Positions 35,457-49,679 of a stretch of 64,000 nucleotides of DNA are shown here, one piece after another; within the stretch, counting starts at the first letter, position 1, and each line of letters opens with the position of its first letter. Origin of the DNA: Lingula anatina (Eukaryota; Animalia; Brachiopoda). The position numbers and the translations under genes are program-made. Below the pieces are notes generated by a model. That model had not been told where the DNA came from. It ran no database searches and saw nothing but the letters and a program-made list of their open reading frames with translations. Location: positions 33,685,967 through 33,749,966 of the forward strand of contig CM120640.1 of the NCBI GenBank assembly GCA_051362555.1, read 5' to 3'.

Positions 35457-38400
35457 AAGGTAAAATTTCAATAGAAAGTCAAAGAAAATATATTCATTTA
35501 TCCCCAATACAAGCAGCAGGGTTGAAACGATACGCAACACAGACTCTTCCACATATTTCCAATCGATAAGGTTTTCTATCATCCCACAAAATCCCATCGA
35601 TTTAAAGTGTTGAAATCAGAGAAGCTTGGTTGATGCTGGAGGCCGCCCACTGCTGTCACTGCCGTCTGACTGGTACTGTATGTCGGTCTGGGCCCCTTAG
35701 AGACTGATTTTCTGCTTGGCTGGCCGGAAAAACACCAACAATCCCTCGTGTTGACAACTCCGCTGCTCCTCCGCAAACCGATCCAGTGCGCTCAACCTCA
35801 CGTTCAACTTTTATCGTGGGCACAAAACAAGCTTGCCATGCCTTGCCCCGTCCCCTTCTTGCGTTCTTTGCTAGCTTCGACCGCTTTCTGGGTCTGCATG
35901 CAAAACACGCAGGATTTCTAATCAGAAGAGTTTAAATCTATTGAAATATTTGATGTTGGAGTGAAATCCGAGAAAGAGATGCCCCTGGGACCAAAGTTGC
36001 CGGAAAATTGGTTCTTTACTCATTCGACTATTCATCAAACTGGGGTGGTATTTTGGCCATTGTCGTATGTAAACCTCGCACAATAACTATTGTAGCGGTG
36101 TTTGTTTTCTCTGCCTTCAACGTGACACAGGGTATCTAGAATTAAGCCCTATGCTCCGCCCATATTTTCTTAACTCGCAGCCATTACTGTGTATGCCGTA
36201 GTTGCCGAACTGGCAATAAGACCAATTTCAGTCTATTATCGTCCAGTAATTAAATAGATAATAACAACGGCTCCCAAACCGCACGACCTACAGCAAGGAT
36301 GACACGAGGTTTGATTCTGTCTGCGGCCAACCTTAAGTCGCGGGTTCAGTTTACGGGGGTGCAGACGAACATGGGGGTTGTATTTGCTCATAGGAGCTTT
36401 GTTGTTCCACTCGAACTCCCACGAAGAAGTGACTGTGTGCTCAGTGGCACAGGCAGCATGATGTGTGATTGACGTGAAGAAATGACAAACACTGAGGCAG
36501 AGAAAACCAAACAGTAAGGAAGTAAATATTGAGAATGGCACCGAAACCGCCTCGGGGGCCGCACAGTCGCGTTGCTAGCGGTCGCCTTTTTATTTGACTT
36601 CTGTACAAAAACTGTTTAGTAAGCCCCCGGCCCCACATTAGGAATCAAGTTTTATCTTTTTTCTATTCTTCAACTGTTGTTAAAACATCGTGGAAATTTA
36701 GTATTAACACTGAGTATTTTTTTGTAAACAGATCGAAGCGTCAGAGATAACAAAAATAGAAAACGAAAATTGAAAGGACGTCAACTTGCCTTCAAAATAA
36801 GGACACATATACTTTTTGTCAATTTTAAAATATAATTTTCATATTTTGTTTTGAAACTATATACAATCATTGTGATAAATAGATATAGGCATATACAAAT
36901 ATAATTTTTTACGACTGTTTGAATTCCTGACTGGTCCGGGCGAAGCTTATTCAATACAATCCACCTCATATTCAAAACACTCGAAAGTGTCAAATGTTGT
37001 ATTGACACACGCTCTTTACTTTCTCTCCATCGTATAAGTCACGAACAGAACTCCATAGAGTTATGCAAGTGTTCTGAAGCCAGCTCCAATAGCCCTCCGA
37101 AATGACTTGAAGTGATGCTCTAAAAATGAAATAGTGCTATAATTTGGCCCTTGGACGGAGCATATTAAAGAGGTTGAGATTCGGATTGCGCGGTGAATAA
37201 CAGGATTGAAATGGGAGCTTTTCTTTCCGCAATATTGACTCAAACACTTGTCCATTGGCTACCCTACCACAGGTGCAAACGGCTAAGCGGATTTAGGAGG
37301 AGAGAGAGAAAGAGCCTGCCTCGACTGGCAGCGTAGAGTTTGGCTTAGTCCGCGGGGGAATTTGTACGGTGCAAACAGCCAAAGCCTGCACTGTTTGAAC
37401 GCACTAATACGTCAACCAAGGATTTAGGGTCAAAGTTAATCTCGCCACACAAAATTCAAACAGCAACAATTTACACGATTTTCAATGTTTTGAAAAGGTA
37501 TAAAGGGAAAATTGTGTGAAGATTTAGGCCTCTAATCACACGGTGATCCCCGGGGGTTGCAGGTGAGACCGTTGGAGACCCTAGAGAAAGTGTCAATCTC
37601 TGTGCCGGGGTTTGCGAAGGCAATGGAGCTGACACAGGACAGGCTACCACGTCCTTTGATTTTATGTGCTTCAAGTTGTAAACGACCCAACTTCAACTAA
37701 TTTTTGGAATTTTGGGCATTTGTTTGATCATAATTAGGACCAAATAACCCGAGTTGTGATTGTTTTGACGATTGAAGTTTAATCTTATTATCTTGATAAA
37801 TTGTGCATGCTTAAATAACACATGGTTTATAAAGCAATTTTTTCATAGATAATATTTCGATCCGCCCTGTAAATATATTCAAGTCTTATTAAAATGCCGT
37901 GTGTTTGCATATTGCTGAACCTCGAGGGGATTAGTTTCGAAAACTTACTAGTTACTCACTATAGTTGAGCTTGTTTTGATTTTATTTTCAAAAAGTACAT
38001 GATCAAATTGTCCTATATAAGATGAAAAGCCATTTTCCAAAACAAAGTTTCAAAGCTATTGCTCGATAAGATATTAATAAATGAATATAAGGACCTTCTT
38101 AACTGATATCCTATACAAGATGATATGTTAGGATATTTTTTCAAAAAAAAAAAAAATATATATATATATATATATTAATAATAAATAATAATAATAAAAT
38201 AAAAATAATAAATGAAAGAAAACCTCAGTTATATCAAATGAATAACAATGCACAAAACGATCTTACACTATTCACGAAATATCAATTTTTTTTTGTTTTT
38301 AATATATATTTATATTCCAATATTTGTATTTTTGTTTTTCTTTTTTTTTACATACATGATATTCATTGGTTGCACCTTGTTCGTGAAGGTGAATATCAAT

Positions 38401-39804
38401 AAAGCAATCTGAATCTATACAGTTCTATTCATTCATCATTCTGTTGTTGATATAACTGATACCATCCAATTGCAAGTTTCATTTTTATTTCCAAAGCTGT
38501 CACAAAATATAAACAAATCGGATAAACCAGGCCCCCATTTAACCTTTCTTCGTAGAGATAAAACTCATCAGGTTGTATGTTAATTTGGCTGTGCTTTCTG
38601 GCCATGCTTCAAGGCGCGTCAGTGAATTGATTGAAAAAAGACCAAGTCATCTCCCAGAGCGACCGGTCGCTATAATCTCGTTCAAACCCTGTTTTCCTGA
38701 TAACAGTAGCAGCAGCCGGAATTGACAAACGGTGACAACCATGTCATCAAGTCCACACGATAAAATATCCCTCGACTGCACACATAGTTTGCCATGGTCT
38801 AAAAGAGAGATAAAACCCAGGACTTTTTTTTCATCTATTTGATTAGAGTCGTTTCAATGGATTCGCTCCGCTGGTTACGCCAAGCGTGTGACCGCAAAAT
38901 CTTTAACTTTGCACACTCGCTCGAATGAGCGATCAATTGTTCTTTTATTTCGCCAGCTCTAAAAGTAAACACCAGTCATCATTTAGGATACGTTGTTCGA
39001 TCTCAGATAGTGATTAAGGTGAGTCCAGATCGATTGGGCTTTATAAACGCTGGATAGGTTGGTCAGTCTTTTGTCTTCGGTTGCAAGATTGCCTTTTCAA
39101 TTGCCAATTAACAAACTTCTCTATTGTTCTAGTTCACTTCCCCCAAATAATATGTAAATAATCCGGTCTATAGTGAAGTGTTTGCGAACTATGTAACCAG
39201 ATGATGCTCCATGGCCGTGATTTGTTCGATGGTGGCACGTTTTAGTTCGGGAACTTCCGCGAACAATAGGGCGGCGTGAGAATTTCGCAATTTCCTAACG
39301 ATTCCTGTCAGCCTGTCTGACTTGGAAGGGCAACGGCGACCGCGCACGATGAACTATTGGGGAAACGTTGGCTTCCCGTGGAAGTGTCATTGCTACGCTT
39401 AATTACAGGGACAATAGGCGGGCACACAACTGACCATGAAAGAAGCGATGTTGTGTAAACTAGACGGCGTCGATATCTTTTTGTCATCATTTGTGTCATT
39501 TCCACCCCAATGCAATGCAGAAATCAAATTAAATAGTTTGCACTGGCTGCAATATTTACATTTTGCTTAAATAATTTCTAATATTTGTAAAGGCTATTGT
39601 TGACACAAGCTCACAGAGTGGACGGGTTCCCTTTCATTTTTATTCAAAATATATTGAGGGCTGAAATAGAAAATGAAAATGAATTTTTGCAATTTCATAC
39701 CACGTCTTTTTATATAAAAAAATGCAGTATCCTTTTTAAACGTCACAGGTGGCGGTTGTGTGTGTTGGTGCGTGTCCAAGTATGCGTGCGTGGTATGGAA
39801 GTCT

Positions 39805-39806
<2 letters not shown>

Positions 39807-39856
<50 letters not shown>
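39807..39856. repeat. (AAT)n microsatellite
   Basis: Directly visible. Confidence 0.95.
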
Positions 39857-39857
<1 letters not shown>

Positions 39858-41225
39858 GGAAAGCGTGAATCATTTAAGGTCATTGGAATCAGCCGTCTCA
39901 TTTCTGCAGCACATAACTTTACATTAACATCACTGGGACCATACAGTATAGAGATAGCGTTACGCCTTCTATCAACACGTTGACAAGATTACCGTTGCAT
40001 TTCGCAGTAGTTGAACGGTTGAATCCCCACAGAACGCTGCCTCATCCTGCTTCACGCCTTCTGCTTAACCGATTCTTGATTCACTTTGGAGAGGATGCCC
40101 GTGAAGTGCGGGTATCATCAACCGGCATCCTTACGACTTCCAGCATCGCTTTACTCTGGAAGGTCTCGTGGTCTGAAGGTAATGAAGGGAATACTTAAAG
40201 GAGTCTATTGTATTATCTTTTCTCTTTCTGTCGCTTTCAGGTTATGCGACGTTCCCTTTTTCATAGCTACTAGTTCAAAGATAGTTTAGTGTGGAGAGTC
40301 TTTTTTAAACACGGACCTTTCCTGTCTTCCAGTCTGCCATTGTTAGAGTTGTGTTATAGGAGGGATAAGTTTGACCTAATCAATACTTTGAAAACTGTTT
40401 TCTGGTAGCCATCAGGTATTTCGAATAATGAAGTCAGTTTTGACTTCTGGCATAAGTATGTTCTGCAGTCTTTGTTTACCCAACTTTAACATCACAACAA
40501 CAAGAACGTGTTTTTGATGCTCATCAAAATATCAAAGTTCGGAGAAGCGAAAACAAAAATTCTAGCAAAACAGGCAAAATAAACGCAATGAACCGAAAAA
40601 CTCTTTTCGGATTGAATTTATGGCAAAACTCTATACCTGTTTCAAAAAGTAATTATATCAAAACCTTGGACATTCCGGCTTATTTCCTTTAAAAACTTTT
40701 TGCAAAAAAACCTTTAATTTTCCAGTTAATAGATACTTAACGATAAAAGTTATGCTTGGACACGTTTTACGCCCCAACACTTGCACTGGCTACTGTGTCT
40801 TTCATGCCGATTTCTTACAAAGAAACAATCTCAGGAAATTAATCTCTAGGAGTCACAAAAGAATAAAATCATGCAAATCCTGAGCGCACAATACTCCCAT
40901 CCATTGTGATTTATGAAGTTAGCATTAAAGAAGAAAATTATAGGAAATTGAGAAAACTAAATCCTCGTTATTTTCCCAACACACGAATTGATAAAGCATC
41001 GAAAAGAATAGTTAGTCATTCTACGCGTTAAACGAGGACCCACGTTCATTAATATCTGTCTGGTAATAGAAGAAAGGCACGTTAAATCAGGTCTGCCTAT
41101 TTACAGTAGTAACGACTGAATTATGTTATCAGGAACCCCATTATCAACCGTTCCCACATTTATAAACTCTTCAGTGTTTTTGTTGCTTTACTTGTGTGTA
41201 TTTGCGTGCGTTTCCATGTACACTA

Positions 41226-41227
<2 letters not shown>

Positions 41228-41299
<72 letters not shown>
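41228..41299. repeat. Compound (GT)n(GA)n microsatellite
   Basis: Directly visible. Confidence 0.95.
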
Positions 41300-41304
<5 letters not shown>

Positions 41305-43378
41305 TTCAGCAAAGTATGTATTGTTTGAAATGCAACTAGCAGTTATACTTGCAAATATGCAGATTAAAATGCATATACATATGAAAAGCAGTAGGATTTT
41401 GCAACAGAACAATTTTTGATTAAAAGAACCTTTCTTTGAAAGATAAAATTTAAATGATCTATTTTGGTGTGTTTTAGTTGAGAAAACTTAGTCACCCGCG
41501 TAAGCTGACATATGGCTATAGGATATCTTGGTTTGGAACTGTTCATTTCACGCGTGGCACCCCGCATTTGTCAGGCGATTCTATTTGAATCATTAATTGA
41601 ATCGATTATTACCTGTACCTGTAAAAGATGCAGAATATCTCATTTACTGGTTATAATTAAACGTCTTCGAATTGAACAAGCCGAAGCTATTTGATACGAC
41701 TCGGAGCTGTAAACTTTAAAATCTCCGTAAATGTCACTGATGAAGACTGTTGATCTCTAAAAAAAATACTATTTTCAGATTCTGATATTCTAATCGATTG
41801 TGAGGCTTCGGTTCCAGTGTTACGTTCACTTGACTGGTTTGTTCATTTTTTCGCCGGTTCATTTGCTTTCAAGGTATGTCTTTTTTTTTTCTATTGCTGT
41901 CAAATATTCAAGACGCGAACCAACAACTGTCACCAGCAATACCGCATTTCTATTAAAAAAGGGGAATAAGTTGGAGATTACTACTTTACAAAAGATGGGA
42001 TTAATTTCATTCTTCAGACAGGCCGCCATGACGAAGTCATGATGATTTTCAAGCATTAAGGACATGGTCATATCGTATATCACTTTCGCGGTCAGAGTTA
42101 CCACATCGCTTCTTTTCCCCTCCTCCAATTTTCTGCTTCAAAACGCCCGCATGGGTGGCAGCCAGTTGACGCGATTGAAACGAGGCTCTATCATACGAAG
42201 AAATCTTGCCAGTTAGGAATATAGGCGACAACACAGGAACAAAATAGCCAAGTGGACTCAAGAACGTCATGAAATATCTCGACCAAAGTCCCAGACATGC
42301 CACTTGTATTTATGTGATAGTAAAAATGCGAAAGTATGGCGAATTTCTAGTCCCGGTTGTCCAGTCTGCCTTGCCCAGTGACATATCTCCTTGACGTTTT
42401 GATAAGTGACACGCAGACGACTTGATATATTAGGCACAAAGACACTTCAAAAGATCACTTCAATCCGGATTTTTTTCTTTTTTTTTTTGCCTGAGAGGAA
42501 TTTTTCCGTATATTATACGAAAAAGGCTAATATTGTTTTTAATGACTCAGCTTCCTTAAAAGTTACTGTAAGTTATTTATCGCAAAGAATACCACAGCGA
42601 CTTTAAGAAAAGATGGATAGAGCAGACAGATAAAAAGTCCTCCGCATAATGCCATAAGAATTCTATTCCCCTATTAGATTGTGTAACTTCATGTTGAATT
42701 TCAAATGCACTCATTTTCGGTATGTAACTTGATACAATTTTGAGTATCGCCAACATCCTCTGTTTGTGTTTGTATGCTAACGCACTAAAATAAATATGTC
42801 AATATGGAAATTCATAAGAATATACTCGCAGTCAAGAAATTTAAGGTAATTAATAAAAAAAAAAGCTCCAAAAAATTCTTTACAAATATCCCATATCAAT
42901 TTTAAGAGGCATAGACTATAATTTCCCATCATAAGGCAAGTTCAATAAAAAAGACAACCTAATCTAACCTACCCCTGAAAGTTACAATGCACCACAAAGA
43001 ACATCGAATCGATAGATAATTAGGTTTGTACTTTTATTAGTCTGCAAAACATTGTTGTTCGTTTAAAGTTAAGCGGGTGATTAAAACGTATTGATACCTG
43101 CCTCTTGTGGATGTGAGGTTACACTATTTGATCTCACTGGTATAATCGAGTTGGTGAAGTACTTTCATGGTTGGATTAAGTTACTTATAATGAAGATGAT
43201 AAGCAAGAATACTTTTCTCGTAGACAATAAATGTGGGCAAAATAATTGATATGAAAAATAATTGTTGTTTCGCTTTGCCAGGTGTTTCTGTGGGTTATTA
43301 AGCAAATATGATTAGTAACGTGATCATAGTATTTTTTTTATAAAATCTTGTTCATTTTTCATTTCATGTCATTTTTTG

Positions 43379-43417
<39 letters not shown>
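43379..43417. repeat. (ATT)n microsatellite
   Basis: Directly visible. Confidence 0.95.
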
Positions 43418-43481
43418 TGCACCAACTTGCCTACTCGCGGATATGTGTAAAGAAAGAAAACACATTCACGGCAAAAATAAT

Positions 43482-43570
43482 TAGATATAGAAATGCACAA
43501 TATTGGACAAAGATCGTGCTAGCAAGTAGATATAGAAATGCACAATATTGGACAAAGATCGTGCTAGCAA
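43482..43570. repeat. 45-bp-period perfect tandem duplication
   Basis: tagatatagaaatgcacaatattggacaaagatcgtgctagcaa at 43482 and 43527. Confidence 0.95.
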
Positions 43571-45952
43571 ATACTGTGCTTTTCAGTTCTATAAATAATT
43601 TTCTTAATAAAACAACAAACAAAAGTGTTAAAACTCGAACAGAATTGCATTACATTTCAACTCTTATAATTTCTGCCCAAAAGAAGTTGTTATCGAATTC
43701 GATGACTCGTCATTTCCGCTATTAGTATTTTAGCGTATGGCAGAGCGGCGTGGGAATGAGTTTTTAAACAGCCCCGGTAATGGTGAAAAATAAGATGCCT
43801 CAAAGAGTTTTGACACTTCCAACATTCCGAACTAGTGTCTGATGGCTACGCACGCGCCAACAAAGTTAGATTCGCATCTCCAAAGTTTTTGTCGTGCTTA
43901 AACAAGCTATTTAAGACGAACACAACAAATTGGCAGTAATCAGGAACGTTTTGATCTTTCCGAGGGCGCGCTACAAATACACCAAGAGGATATAAGTCAG
44001 CAAATATTGTACGTGTCGGAAGAGTTATTAAAGAGTATGGGGGTTGGATAGGAATCGTAGCTTAAAAGAAACACCATGGGGCAGACTGAAAAGTAGAAAA
44101 AATCTTAACAAATAATCCCAACAAAACATCTTTTAAATTATTATTTGGATTAAATTAGTTTTGTGCATCCGATCCTATGAAATACGACACCAAAATTGAC
44201 TGAAAGTGGTATTTTACAATCTCTTTGATTATACATGTACAGTGGGGCAAAAGGCGTATCCTAAGTCGTGGGTTTCTAAAAATGCACGCATTTTTCTTTA
44301 ATCCCCCACATCTAGTTTTTTTTTCTCTTTTACAATTACTTTGAAGCCGCTGGCATTGCTGGGGTTTTACTTCCAGTTGATTTCCGTGTATATATCCGTG
44401 AAACGCAGTCCCCGAGAATTTACAAACAACGCCATATTGGACAAGGTCGCATTTCGGGAACTCAATTTCACGCACATGATCATTGGCAAAAAAAGATATT
44501 CCCGCTAGCTCTGGAGACAGATTCATAAACCGTGACCATTTAGTTCCCACACGTCTGGAAGCATCACACAGGTCGAGGGTTTTCTAATAGGACTCGCGTT
44601 GTGCAAATATTGAAAATCCAAGATCCAATACTTTTAAGTCAACAAATAGTGATCAAGAATCAACTGCCGACTTAATCAAAGTTTTTCCACGCGAAGACTC
44701 GGAGATTGGATAACAAAGAAACTGCAGGAAATTATTCGCAGTTTTAATCAGAGCTTAATCACAGCCCGTGTCGCAATTCGTATTCAGTCCTATTTGAACC
44801 GGAAGTTAAGGAATTGCACGAGCAGAGAGGTTGTAGAAAGTTGGACTGCAATGTCGGAAATTAAAGTCACAAGAAAGGATTTGTGGTCATGATCAAAAGT
44901 CCAGCTAATCGCAAAAAAATCTATGATACTTGAACTCAAAAGGCTCGGTTTGTATTGAGTCCTCAACGTTGGACCACGACACATTGAAGCAGGCTTTGTT
45001 TCAACGCTTGAATCAAATAGGAAAACACGGAACAAATGACCAAAAGCAGGACACCGGAATGATATACATTCCTCTGATATACTTCACCCGAAAACATTAC
45101 ATTTGGTCATATTCATCAATCAAATTGGATTTATAAGTGACCGAAGACATATGGTTTTGGCGCGAAAAAAATCCTAAACGCATTTTCCAGGCGTCTTCAA
45201 TTGCCAAGCACTTACAGTCCCCATCATCGAATACCGCACTCAAAAATACCATATATAATGATGTACAATTTTCTTCGCACGTCTTACAATCGGTATTTTC
45301 GCTTAAAATGTAATATTCATTTAGCAGGAATTTAAAACCCTTCATCTCAAAAGGATGTAAATTGGAATATAAGTTAGCCTAACTACGATTTAAAGAAAAT
45401 AACATATCGAAAAGCCCAAGTAGTCTTTTTGTTTAGTTGTAGCGCCAATGTGTATGGTCAAGTTTGTCGTGTCAACGGCTGCATTTTTTACCAACAACAC
45501 ATCTCTCCGAGAGTGATATCTTTCTCTTGTGTACAGATATCAATCATGCCTATATTTTAGGATTGATTAGGTCCGAAAAACATGACCGAGAAATTAAAAT
45601 TATACGTGGCAGCAAAGCTATGAATGTAGCGGTAACCCAAACTGAAGGACAGGTGGCAGTGTCAAGTATTTGGAATTAAAATTTGGTTTGTTTTGAAAAT
45701 CACACACTCAAAATGTGAATATAGATTAACAATTTACATGCTCGCTTTTACGAACAAAGAACGGAAAAATTAATTTCACAATTTCACATTTATTTTCAAT
45801 ATTTATGTGTACTTTTTATCCCTGTTAGAATATTTACATGCACATTTAATTTGTTATTAAATACAATTACACGTAAATAACATACATTTTACAAAAAACA
45901 AGTAAAGACGTATTAATCAATGACATGAGCAGTACCGTATTTAAGTATTTGA

Positions 45953-45985
<33 letters not shown>

Positions 45986-46009
45986 TATAATAATAATAAT
46001 AATAATAAT
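45953..46009. repeat. (AAT)n microsatellite
   Basis: Directly visible, one interruption. Confidence 0.95.
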
Positions 46010-46543
46010 GGTGAAAGTAATAACATCCATGTTGATAATAATAATACTAAAGGTACAATTCAATTCTCTAGACATTGTTAAAACATAAAAGACGTTTCAG
46101 GGTTTTTTTTCGGCAGAAAAGCGGAAAACGCAGGAAAAGGTAATACGGAGATCGAAGTCTCATATTGTATTCTACTGGTCATGGGTTTATAATGTGTTAA
46201 AACACAGAATCACTAACAGACGTCGCAGCATGAGGCCCCATGTTTAGCCAGAGGCTAGGAAAAAATTACAGTTTACACGCAAAAGTCTACATAAAAGCAC
46301 CGCCCTGTGGCGTGAAACGATGATAAACTGACAAAATGTTTATGCGACCGTTACACAAATCGATCAGAGCGTTGCTAAGAGGAGACGCAATCTCGTAACC
46401 CAATAGCGCAAAATTTAATAATACTTTTTTTGGGGGGAATAATTTGATTATTATTTATATTTAGGGAAGCAACATCGTCCTCAAGAACGAAATATTTCTT
46501 TTTTACTTTGAATGATGTAACCACATCGTCCCAAAACACGTAA

Positions 46544-46664
<121 letters not shown>

Positions 46665-48835
46665 GAAGGGCGTACCAACGCGATAAATACACGGATAACC
46701 TTTTAGATTAATGTCATTAACTTTGAACAAAATGCGACCGGCACGTGTGTGTGTCGTAGGCCTATCAGTCTTCTATAGGAATCGCATTCAAGCAGCTTTC
46801 CTTAGCCAACTATAACCTGTAAATCATCGAACAATGCCTAAGGTTTTTTTTTCTCAATGTGCCCTGCACGTGTGAGGGGGAGACAATGGATAGGTTAAAA
46901 AACAAAAAGTTTAATTCTTTGAAAATTCCATGTTTCAGTCTTTTTTGCCAGTGATTAACGCCGTCATGTCCAGGTGCACAGGGGATCCGCGTCACTGAAC
47001 CCGCAGATCCCTTGTCCAAGAAAATATAGGTCGGCCTGACCTACTTTCTTCTTCTCAAGCCAGCACGTACGAGCGCTACTGATTAATGCACTTCCTAGAC
47101 CTCATCCATATATTTACAACCCAAAGTTCGGTGCAAGTACGGGCCATGCTTTTAAGCATGTCGACGGTTATAGATTATCCCTGCTAATTACAGTTGTCTT
47201 GGAAGTGATCGTATCAATTAGACGGAGTCACCGCGGTCAATGCAATGCAGTAAAAGTAATAGCGTAGCCATTACGAACACCTTACTGATACGCGCGGTTT
47301 GTCTAATAGGGCCACGGAAAGAATAAAAAGGTTGGGGAAAAACTGAACGTGAAACAATAAACGAGTTACCTTTATTATATACTACAAAAGCTCTTGTTTG
47401 AGGGAGTGGAGCTCCTAAATGGCAGACAAATGAATGGAACCATATTACCAAGTAGCAATATCCTACCATCTCCGTGAAAGTAAAAAATATTATCATGGCA
47501 ATCACTATATACGTGATATGAAAATAACAAAGAGAACTTAGCTACCAGAAAGTATACAATACAATAAGCTCTTGTAGTACAACAAAAATCTCAAGGACAA
47601 AAGCCAAAAGCATTTCATCACTTCCAATTTTCAACTATTAAAATATTTTGAGGTTTAGGTACCTACAAAGTGGTGATTTGGTAATCAACTATCAGATCTA
47701 TCTGGTCTTTTTACGATTTCACGTGATAAACACCATACCATATTGCGGGCAGATGTCTCCTCTGTATACGATTTCAGTGATGTGGAAAGCAAATTAGAAA
47801 TAAATTAACTGGAAGGTATCATCAAGCAACCACTGACGTAACAACTCGTGCAGCATCGCGCACACATTTACCGCTGCACTTGCGACATTTTTTCAGCGAA
47901 TGGACAGGAGACAGAAGACAGAAAATGCTTATAATAAAATTAAATAGCGCGGAAGCGCAATGCAAAAAGATGATTGACCCAGTCTAAACGCAAGACAATC
48001 TTCAGTTGCTTTCGTTATTCTTAAAACAAACCACCAGTTCGCCAGTACTATAATAGTATGCTAGAAAGTTTCAACGATCAAGACAGCGCACCAAATGAAA
48101 ATGGTACACGCACCGAGCGGACTGTATCGCCCCTCCCCATCAATTTTTCATGATCCCATTAAATGACACGACGCTGTGAAAGGCAGTTTGCTTGCCGATA
48201 GATCCCCTAGGACAGCTCTTAGGTAATGGTTCATTTCAGCTCGCCAGCATTCTCTCTCTACGGGGAAATTGGAAAGCGAGCACGGTGCGCCGTAGCAGGT
48301 CTTCGGGGACAGGCGGTGCATTAACACATCCGATATCACGACCGATTAGATAAATAAATAAACAAATTCAAGGAAACATCCAACCTCGTTACTGACCTGT
48401 CGTTTGGTTGCATGTTAAACGAAAGCGTGGGCTGTCAATCATTCCCATTTATTATGTTAAACAAAACTTCTGAAATAAATGTGCGTGCGTATTTTGAAGC
48501 GGACTCGGGGGGTCTCTAACGCAAATATGAAAGAGCAACGGGACTTTTTTTAACGACCGCTTCATCATTTCGAATGATAATTTCTTCCAGAACTGACCCC
48601 ATAAATACAGAAAACGTAAGATAAACATCCTCTGTGAGTTTAACATTGTTTTAGATGAAGAATGGATAAACAGGAAATTCCAAATTTTCTTCCAACAGTA
48701 ATTCTAACGTGTTCCCACTAAAATTGTCGTGTATGAGAGATAACAAGATTTTTCTACTAAGTTATGCGAAAACTCCTTCTGGCAACGGTATCGCATTACG
48801 GCAACTAGAAGAAACCCCGTTTTCAAATGTGAACA

Positions 48836-48841
48836 TTTATT
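48836..48841 (-). terminator. Probable SCAPER polyadenylation signal (3' UTR ~0.7 kb)
   Basis: TTTATT on + (AATAAA on -), located where CpG-poor sequence begins. Confidence 0.5.
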
Positions 48842-49533
48842 TAGCCTTTCTTTTTTATATTAGTTTGAAAAGGTGGTGACTGATCATTTTATAATTACAG
48901 GGAGTCCAATAAAGTACATTATATCATTGTGTTACTGTGCACTATTATCATATTATGGAAAAGTAGCTTCACGCTATAAGTATAAAGTGAGAGTTCCAGT
49001 TACAATACACAGAGAAACTCTATCTGTCAAAACAAATTTTGATTTACTTCAAGAAGCATTCACAAACCTAGGTAAATCATTTCTTTATACATCATTGACT
49101 GATCTAAAAGAAGTCGACCAAAAGGAAGACCAACAAACCACACTTTTTGCTTCACAGAACTTCACCACAAACAAAACATTGGGAAACGCATAAAATACAG
49201 CCATTTACTTTCACTACAACCGGACCTACTTTTCACAAACCTACAAATTATTCAGTAAACAATTTACTGATTTTTCACAGTCTTAAATAAACAATATGAC
49301 AAAAACATCTTGTTTGAATAAGATAAACAGTAGCTTTAAAATAACAATACCTACTTCAACATAAGTAAGATTCAAAAGACTTCTCCAATAATGTATTTTT
49401 CATATAAATATGATTACAAAACAAAAAGAACAATTTTAAACAATGTCTAAGTTGATGTCAGAACTTCAATCATTATTCTCTGCAAACGCCAAAGTGTCTT
49501 CTGTGCATTAACTACATCATGTCCCATTTCCGT

Positions 49534-49625
49534 TTAAGCCGAACTGAAATATTCTTGAGCTTTTGTCCACTCTTCACTTGGAAATCTAGCTTGTAGAGAC
49601 ATTCTAGTATCAGCCTGGTCCTTCT
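49534..49625 (-). CDS. SCAPER: SCAPER terminal coding exon
   Basis: tttcag|AG AAG GAC ... AGA TTT CCA AGT GAA GAG TGG ... TAA. Confidence 0.85.
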
Positions 49626-49629
49626 CTGA

Positions 49630-49679
<50 letters not shown>

